40,521 bases of DNA from an uncultured Deferribacteres bacterium (GTDB lineage: Bacteria > Zhuqueibacterota > Zhuqueibacteria > Zhuqueibacterales > Geothermadaptataceae): the NCBI GenBank assembly GCA_964014485.1, contig CAXHAT010000057.1, positions 1 through 40,521 of the forward strand. Reading direction: 5' to 3'. Below the pieces are notes generated by a model. The model saw nothing but the letters and a program-made list of their open reading frames with translations. It had not been told where the DNA came from and did no database searches. Made by a program: the position numbers and the translations under genes. Positions 34,319 through 40,521 of the stretch are shown one piece after another; position 1 is the stretch's first letter; each line of letters opens with the position of its first letter.

Positions 34319-36334
34319 ATGAACCGCGCCGAAGCTGAAAAGCAGCTCGCCAGAATTTTCGGACACCAGCATTTTTACGATCACCAGTGGGAAACCATAG
34401 AAAAATTGTTGGCGGGCGAACGTTTGCTTCTGGTTGAAAAAACCGGGTTTGGCAAATCGCTGTGCTACCAGTTTCCGGCGACGCAATTTCCCGGCGTCAC
34501 CGTTGTTTTCTCGCCGCTAATCGCGTTGATGCGTGACCAAATTCAATACCTTCTCTCAAAAAAAATTCCCGCCGCGGCTTTGAACAGCGAGCAATCTCAC
34601 GAAGAGAATCGGGCAATTTTGGAACAAGCCAAAGCCGGGCAAATCAAAATTCTCTACATCGCTCCCGAACGCCAGGAAAGTTTGGAATGGGCTGAAGCAG
34701 TTCGCAAAATGAATCTCGCGATGGTCGTCGTCGACGAAGCGCATTGCATTTCAGAATGGGGTCATGATTTTCGTCCGGCGTTCCGACGCGTCGTCCGGCT
34801 CATCAAACGTCTGCCGGAAGATTTCCCAGTGCTCGCGACCACGGCCACTGCAACCTGGCGCGTCACGCAAGACGTCATCGCGCAATTGAGCAAGAGAACG
34901 CAGCTTCTGCGCGGCGATATGGCGCGTGAAAATTTCAATCTCCGGGTGGTGGACTGCAAAAATGAAACGGAAAAAATGGTTTGGTTGGCGAATTTCCTGC
35001 AAAGCGCCGAAGGCTCCGGCCTCGTTTATACCGGCACGCGCGTCAACACCGACCTTTACGCTGATTGGCTCAAAGCCGCCGGAATCGACGCGGAAAACTA
35101 CAACGCCGGACTGGAGGCGGAAAAGCGCAAAAAAATAGAACAAGGTTTGCTCAAAAATCGCTGGAAATGCATCGTCTCCACCAACGCCCTGGGCATGGGC
35201 GTGGATAAGCCGGACATTCGATTCATCGTCCACACGCAAATTCCGCAATCATTGCTGCATTATTACCAGGAAATCGGGCGGGGCGGACGCGACGGCTTGC
35301 CGACGCAAATTGTGCTGCTCTACAATCCCGCAGATCGACGACTCCCGGAGTATTTCGTCAAAACAAGCCGTCCGGAAACCGCGACTTATGAGCTTGTGAT
35401 CGAAACCTTGCGCCAAAAAGCGATGATGGAAATCGAGCTGATGCGCGCGACCAACCTGCCGCAAACGCAAGTGCGGGTGATTCTGGCTGACTTGATCGAC
35501 CAGAACGTGGTTCACGAAATCCGTTACAACAACCGTAAAAAATTCGAATATCGCTTCGACGCGCCCAAACTCGATCCTGAGCCTTTCGCTCAACTCCGAC
35601 AGTATAAGCTCGCTGAGCTTGACAAAATGATCGCCTACGCAGAGACCGAATCCTGCCGAATGCGTTACCTGCGCGAATTTCTCGGCGACAAAGTTGCGGA
35701 AGACTGCGGCGCTTGCGACAACGATCTTGGCGATCACGAAGCATTCGAGTTGAGCTCAGCCTGGAAACAAAAAATTCACCGCTTCAGCGAAGATTATTTC
35801 CCGGAATTGAAAGTAAAAACGCCGCGAGCGGCGCTCGTCGACGGAGTTGCGGCGGCTTACTATGGATTTTCCAACGTCGGCGTCACGATCCATCGCTGCA
35901 AATATGAGCAGGGCGGCGATTTCCCCGAGTTTTTATTGAAGCGCACCTTGCGCGCAATCAAGCATAAATTTCTCGCTGAAAAATTCGACGTTTTGCTTTA
36001 CGTACCGCCGACCGAATCCGGCAATCTCGTTCAAAATTTCGCGGAAAAATTGGCGCAAGCGCTTAACTTGGAAGTCTCGCACGGCTTGACCAAAAAGCGG
36101 CGCACCAAGCCGCAAAAAGCTTTTCAAAATCCTGTTTTAAAATGGGATAACGTCAAAAACGTTTTTGCTTTCAAGGACGCTGAACTGGTGAAAGGAAAGA
36201 AAATTTTACTCGTGGATGATATTTTCGACAGCGGCGCATCCATTCGCGAAATCGGCTGGCTGCTCACGCGGCTGGGCGCGCGGAAAGTCGCGCCGGTTGT
36301 GATCGCCAAAACCATCGGAGGGGACAAAAAATGA
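34319..36334 (+). CDS. RecQ-family DNA helicase fused to a C-terminal phosphoribosyltransferase-like domain (RqlH-like)
   Basis: TGFGKSLCYQ, DEAHCISEWGHDFRP, TATA, ALGMGVDK, YYQEIGRGGR, Zn site CRM...CGACD and PRTase loop ILLVDDIFDSGAS; no HRDC seen. Confidence 0.92.
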   Translation: MNRAEAEKQLARIFGHQHFYDHQWETIEKLLAGERLLLVEKTGFGKSLCYQFPATQFPGVTVVFSPLIALMRDQIQYLLSKKIPAAALNSEQSHEENRAILEQAKAGQIKILYIAPERQESLEWAEAVRKMNLAMVVVDEAHCISEWGHDFRPAFRRVVRLIKRLPEDFPVLATTATATWRVTQDVIAQLSKRTQLLRGDMARENFNLRVVDCKNETEKMVWLANFLQSAEGSGLVYTGTRVNTDLYADWLKAAGIDAENYNAGLEAEKRKKIEQGLLKNRWKCIVSTNALGMGVDKPDIRFIVHTQIPQSLLHYYQEIGRGGRDGLPTQIVLLYNPADRRLPEYFVKTSRPETATYELVIETLRQKAMMEIELMRATNLPQTQVRVILADLIDQNVVHEIRYNNRKKFEYRFDAPKLDPEPFAQLRQYKLAELDKMIAYAETESCRMRYLREFLGDKVAEDCGACDNDLGDHEAFELSSAWKQKIHRFSEDYFPELKVKTPRAALVDGVAAAYYGFSNVGVTIHRCKYEQGGDFPEFLLKRTLRAIKHKFLAEKFDVLLYVPPTESGNLVQNFAEKLAQALNLEVSHGLTKKRRTKPQKAFQNPVLKWDNVKNVFAFKDAELVKGKKILLVDDIFDSGASIREIGWLLTRLGARKVAPVVIAKTIGGDKK

Positions 36335-37374
36335 GCGCCAAACGCATCGATCATAGCTGGGAAAGCGAGTCTCCCGGAAAGAAAAAAAGTGTGTCGTCGA
36401 AGACTACGGATCCAGGTCTGCCGCTCGAAATTATTTTCAGCGAGGAAATACCGATTCATGACAAAGCGTGGCTTGCCGCCATCGCGCATTTGAGAAAATG
36501 GCGCACCAGGCGCATCAATCAATTGCTCGCTGATATTCAGACTCGCAAAATTTCGATCGAAGCTTTTTTTAACCTGGGCGAAGAGGACTGGGCGAGTGAA
36601 TTTGGCTTGGACGCCAAGCAATGCGACGGTTTGTTCGCGGCGCAAAGTCAATTATTGTTGACATCGGATATTGTCGAGCGCATGGAACAGGCCGGTTTCG
36701 AAATTCTGTCGCAAAAAAGCGCGGAATATCCCCGGCGATTGATTCAAAACCTCGGAAAAGCCGCTGCGCCGCCGGTTTTGTATTTAGGAGGAGATTTAGA
36801 GTTATTGAATCAGCCGAGCATCGCCGTCGTCGGCTCGCGCAAGGCTTCGGAAAATGCGCTGGCGTTTACTGAATACATCGCCCAGCGCGCCGTGGAGCAA
36901 GACCAAATTGTCGTCAGCGGTTTTGCCAAAGGCGTTGATCGAAAAGCACTCGACTCAACTTTGGATGCAGGCGGGAAAAGCGTCATCGTGCTGCCGCAGG
37001 GCGTGATGACGTGCGGCAACAGCCTTGTGAAATATCAGGACGCGGTTTCAACCGGCAAAGCGCTCGTGTTCAGCACGTTTCACCCCAAAACGCCCTGGCG
37101 CGTCGGCGCGGCCATGCGGCGGAACGCTTTTGTTTACGGCCTGGCGGACGAAATCTACATTGCCGAAAGCGGCGACAGCGGCGGTACGTGGTCTGGCGCC
37201 ATCGACGGTCTGCGCAAAAAACGCCAAATTTTCGTGCGGCAGCCAAACGTGAATGAAAAGAACGCCAACGCCAAGCTCATTGCGCGCGGCGCCACCGCCA
37301 TCGGTTACGACGGTCAAATCACAAAATCCAGTGCGCCAAAGCAAACTGATCTTTTTGACGAAACAGGCATTTAG
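36331..37374 (+). CDS. DprA/Smf (SLOG) family DNA-processing protein (RqlI-like)
   Basis: EYP.RL...APPVLY..G, IAVVGSR, VSGFAKGVD, AM.RN..VYGLA and ESG.SGGTW; ATGA overlap with the helicase stop. Confidence 0.9.
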   Translation: MSAKRIDHSWESESPGKKKSVSSKTTDPGLPLEIIFSEEIPIHDKAWLAAIAHLRKWRTRRINQLLADIQTRKISIEAFFNLGEEDWASEFGLDAKQCDGLFAAQSQLLLTSDIVERMEQAGFEILSQKSAEYPRRLIQNLGKAAAPPVLYLGGDLELLNQPSIAVVGSRKASENALAFTEYIAQRAVEQDQIVVSGFAKGVDRKALDSTLDAGGKSVIVLPQGVMTCGNSLVKYQDAVSTGKALVFSTFHPKTPWRVGAAMRRNAFVYGLADEIYIAESGDSGGTWSGAIDGLRKKRQIFVRQPNVNEKNANAKLIARGATAIGYDGQITKSSAPKQTDLFDETGI

Positions 37375-37604
37375 GCTGTAGACTGGTGGGCAATTAGTCT
37401 TCTACGCATACTTTGGTCTCGTAATGAAACATCGAAAAAAGCAGAGAATCCGCCTGAAGCCGCATTTATTGTCATTCAATCCGCATCATTCATCGATTCT
37501 CAAATGACGCGAAGCAAATGACGACGAATGACAATTTAATTCAGTTTGCTAACGATTACTGAAAATCACCCTAACAGTCTAAAGCCTAACATCCTACAGC
37601 CTAA
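37371..37604. repeat. Intergenic region bracketed by inverted 7/8-mer TAGGCTG arrays with a nested AATGAC/GTCATT inverted repeat
   Basis: TTAGGCTGTAG (37371) versus CTAACAGT CTAAAGC CTAACATC CTACAGC CTAA (37571-37604); ATTGTCATTC (37468) and GAATGACAAT (37526). Confidence 0.6.
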
Positions 37605-37607
37605 AAA

Positions 37608-38537
37608 ATGTTTGAAGTCGTTTTTCTTGGAACCGGAGCCGCCGTGCCCACTCGTTTTCGCAATCTCTCGGCCACAGCAATGATCTGGAACGGTGAAATT
37701 TTTCTATTCGATTGCGGCGAAGGCGCGCAAATTCAACTGCAAAAAGCCGGCTTACGGCCAGGACGCTTGCAGCACATTTTCATCTCGCATTTTCACGGCG
37801 ATCATTTCTATGGTCTTCCCGGCCTTTTGACCAGCCTGCAAATGGCGGAATGTACGCAAGACGTTCATTTGTACGGCCCCGAAGGGCTCAAGTCATACAT
37901 CGATTTCCTCAGCAAAATCTCGCGTTTTACGCTTCACTATCCGCTGCATTTTCACGAAGTGTCGAACGATTCGCAAGGCGAAGAATGGCGTTACAAGGAC
38001 TTCAAAATCATCTGTCGCCCATTGCGTCACAGGATTCGAACGCTTGGCTGGGCGTTTGTTGAAAATACGCGCCCCGGCAAGTTCGATGCGGACAAGGCGA
38101 AAGAATTAGACATCCCGGTCGGACCGATTCGCAGCAGGTTGCAACGAAACGAGTCGATTGAACTCGCTGACGGCAGGATAATTTCTCCTGAATCGGTGCT
38201 CGATTCTGCACGGCCTGGCCACCGTTTCGCTTACTGCCTGGACACCCGTCCTTGCGCCGCTTCCGTTGAACTCGCAAAAAACGCCGATTTGCTTGTTCAT
38301 GAGGCGACCTTCGGCAGCCAGGATGCAGATTCAGCCAAGCTCTCAGGACACTCAACCGCGAAACAAGCCGCACAAATAGCCAAGGAAGCCGGAGCCGAAC
38401 GACTGGGATTGACTCACATCAGCAGCCGCTATCAAATCAATGAAATCGAAGGGTTGGAAGAAGAATCCTGCAAAATTTTCCCTCGATCATTTCTTGCGCG
38501 AGACTTGTTAAGGATGAAAATTGAGTACAAAGAGTAG
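37608..38537 (+). CDS. rnz: Ribonuclease Z
   Basis: FLGTGAAVPT..RN, LFDCGEG.Q, HFHGDH..GL.GLL, flexible arm (IP.GP...LQ), DTRP, LLVHEATF, HST and LTHISSRY. Confidence 0.95.
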   Translation: MFEVVFLGTGAAVPTRFRNLSATAMIWNGEIFLFDCGEGAQIQLQKAGLRPGRLQHIFISHFHGDHFYGLPGLLTSLQMAECTQDVHLYGPEGLKSYIDFLSKISRFTLHYPLHFHEVSNDSQGEEWRYKDFKIICRPLRHRIRTLGWAFVENTRPGKFDADKAKELDIPVGPIRSRLQRNESIELADGRIISPESVLDSARPGHRFAYCLDTRPCAASVELAKNADLLVHEATFGSQDADSAKLSGHSTAKQAAQIAKEAGAERLGLTHISSRYQINEIEGLEEESCKIFPRSFLARDLLRMKIEYKE

Positions 38538-38715
38538 CGAAAAATGGGCGGGATCGACTATCACAGAACAAGTTAGAAAACTTTCAAGCCGACGAATTGC
38601 TTCGCCCGTCTTTGCGAGATTTCCATGCTATTCTTTGATTCAAAAAACGTTGGCAAGTTGGAAAACGAAATGAGCGGTTCGGTGTAATCAATGCGGCGCA
38701 AACCGTGATTCACGC

Positions 38716-40011
38716 CTAACTCTTTGGCGCTGCCTTAAGCGTAGCTTCTTGCACGTTCGCGCTGGACGCAAGCGTTCGAGCGGCTCCGCTTGCCGCTGAG
38801 GCTTTCGCTTGCCCCGCACGCCGAATTTCCCAAAAAACGATGAAAAGAACCGTGAGAACGGCCACGCTAAAAACGCCGACCGGCACAATGATGAGAGGAT
38901 TCGGCCATGCGGCGTTCTCGGGCGAAATCGCGGGGTCGAGCACTTGCACTGTCGGCGTGTCGCGCGCTTCCTGGATTTTCGCCTGGTAATATTGCTGCGT
39001 CAAGAATTCCCACACGGTTTCCTGCACTTTCACTTCGCGCAGCAATCCGGCAAAACGCTTGGCGACTTGCGGCATTTCCGAAATGGGAATCATCAAATCA
39101 CCGTCCGCGTCCGGGTTGCGACGGCGAAGTTGCGCGTATTGTTCTTTCAAAGCCTTAAGCTCGCTTTGTGCACGGGAAAGCTCAGGATTACCGGAACGCA
39201 TGCTTTGCCGCATTAAATTGAGTTCGACTTCTTTCGCGATAATCATACCTTTCAATTGCCCGGCTTGCTCAAAAACCGTCCGCGCCTGATCTTCCAAAGA
39301 AAGGGCGCTGTTTTTCGCCTGAAAAAGCGCCAGACTGTCTGTCGCAGCCTGCAATTTTTCCGACGTGGAATCGAGTTGGGTTTCAATGTAGAGTCTTGTG
39401 GCTTTCGCGCGACTCACGCTTTTTTCACGGTTAATTTCGTCCAAAGCCGCAACAAACGCGTTCGCCGCCGCCGCCGCAACCGCCGGGTGATTCATTTCAA
39501 CTTCAATTTCAATCAAGCCTTGTTCGCTGACCGCCAGCGTCGTCTGCCTTCGTAGTCGCTTGACCGCTTTGTCGGTGGATTTCAGTTCCCAATATTCAAC
39601 CAAAGTTGTTTCGGCGCCGTCAATTTTAAACGACGTCTTTAGCACGCTCTCGCAGACTGAACGACTGCTCAGAATCTCAACGAACAGTGCAGAATAATTA
39701 CGCCCGCCCTGAAACGGCAGGGAAATAAGCGGCGTTTTTTCCAGCAATTGCGTCAAGGGGTTCGCGTCCTGCTGATCCGGCGGCAGCAAAACCGTGCGCG
39801 CAACGTAGGTTTTCGGCAGAAAAACGGAGAGCAGCACAAAAACTAGAACGGCAATCGCCATGTTGCGAAAAAGCGTATTACGGTGATTCTTGACGCTCTC
39901 GCCGACAAAGCCAAGATCGATGTGATCGTCGTCTAAAATTCTTTGGCTCCCCTCCCGCCCCATCGCCTGACGGTCAATTTTCGTTAAAGATTTATCGTTA
40001 TCCCGATTCAT
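38716..40011 (-). CDS. Wzz/GumC-like polysaccharide co-polymerase (no kinase domain)
   Basis: Two TMs flanking a coiled-coil periplasmic domain; P.TY.A...LLPP and YYQAKIQEARDTPTVQVLDPA..PE...WP. Confidence 0.85.
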   Translation of the reverse strand: MNRDNDKSLTKIDRQAMGREGSQRILDDDHIDLGFVGESVKNHRNTLFRNMAIAVLVFVLLSVFLPKTYVARTVLLPPDQQDANPLTQLLEKTPLISLPFQGGRNYSALFVEILSSRSVCESVLKTSFKIDGAETTLVEYWELKSTDKAVKRLRRQTTLAVSEQGLIEIEVEMNHPAVAAAAANAFVAALDEINREKSVSRAKATRLYIETQLDSTSEKLQAATDSLALFQAKNSALSLEDQARTVFEQAGQLKGMIIAKEVELNLMRQSMRSGNPELSRAQSELKALKEQYAQLRRRNPDADGDLMIPISEMPQVAKRFAGLLREVKVQETVWEFLTQQYYQAKIQEARDTPTVQVLDPAISPENAAWPNPLIIVPVGVFSVAVLTVLFIVFWEIRRAGQAKASAASGAARTLASSANVQEATLKAAPKS

Positions 40012-40521
40012 TTAAATCCTGCGTTCAAGGATGAGGTAAATCGTTGCCAATTGCGCGAGCACGGAAACCGTGTCGCGGATTTTTTCCCAAGCAGTCCGGT
40101 CTCCCTTTCTCGGCGCCCAGATCGCGTCGCCCGGTTCTAAAACCCCGGCTTTTCCGGCTTTCAAAATCGCACCCGACGCTTTCACGACGCGCGCTTTTTT
40201 CTTCGCCGCGTCCCAAGTTAAGCCGCCGGCTTTTGCGAGGTAAAACGCAGCGTTTTCGCCCTGTTTAAACGGCACTCCGCCGGGCCGCGCCACCCGCCCG
40301 GCGACAAAAACCAGTTCCGGCTTTGGCGGAATTTCAATCACATCGCCGTGTTGCAGGAACGGGTCTTCTTCCAGTGAACCGTCCAGAAGCTTGCCGAGGT
40401 CAAAATTGATTTCCTGAATCGCCGCCGTTTCCGCTTGCAGTAAAAAACTTTGATACTCAAGTCGAGACAATTGTCCCGGCGGCAAGTCTTTCAGACGCTC
40501 GAATTCTGCATTTTCGAACGT
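40012..40521 (-). CDS. SLBB-domain polysaccharide export protein, 5'-truncated
   Basis: Frame open to the window end (TFENAEFERLK...); 'L.HGDVI.IP....VFVAG.V..PG...F......YL..AGG' and 'LEPGDAIW.P'; adjacent to the co-polymerase. Confidence 0.85.
   Translation of the reverse strand, partial: TFENAEFERLKDLPPGQLSRLEYQSFLLQAETAAIQEINFDLGKLLDGSLEEDPFLQHGDVIEIPPKPELVFVAGRVARPGGVPFKQGENAAFYLAKAGGLTWDAAKKKARVVKASGAILKAGKAGVLEPGDAIWAPRKGDRTAWEKIRDTVSVLAQLATIYLILERRI

Noticed and set aside
34319..37374. Natural competence locus (comF + dprA)
   Set aside because: The PRTase domain is fused to a RecQ helicase and lacks the ComF N-terminal zinc finger, and no other com or pil genes are nearby. The RqlH/RqlI interpretation fits better.

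Overview
Bacterial chromosomal contig with no rRNA, tRNA, CRISPR array or transposase visible. It is probably from an FCB-superphylum lineage such as KSB1, Calditrichota or Ignavibacteria (inferred from the 'EQNYPNPFNPST...KRMMLLK' secretion tail and gene content). From left to right: a 5'-truncated TonB-dependent receptor, preceded by 11 nt that match a Nextera/Tn5 adapter remnant; a minus-strand division/cell-wall (dcw) cluster mraZ-rsmH-ftsL-ftsI-murF-mraY-ftsW-ftsQ-ftsA-ftsZ that lacks murE, murD, murG, murC, murB and ddl; a 1062-aa secreted protein with 14 FG-GAP-type Ca-binding loops; a small orphan secreted protein; a CRTAC1/ASPIC lipoprotein; DUF3224; a MacB/FtsX-type permease; xth; a cyclophilin lipoprotein; DinB-family, VOC and GPP34 genes; eda; tonB-usp behind a sigma54-type promoter; proline dehydrogenase and a 2-hydroxyacid dehydrogenase; lexA followed by a small ImuB-C/DUF6504-like ORF; a LytR_C protein; a RecQ-PRTase plus DprA-like pair (RqlH/RqlI-like); rnz; and part of a polysaccharide export locus (SLBB protein plus Wzz/GumC-like co-polymerase). 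The intergenic DNA holds several repeat families: GGAGTG-tagged REP doublets, inverted 8-mer TGGAnnnn arrays and 7/8-mer arrays. The strongest leads are the pruned dcw cluster, these repeat families, a candidate LexA operator and the lexA-linked small ORF. All family assignments come from motif recognition, not database searches.
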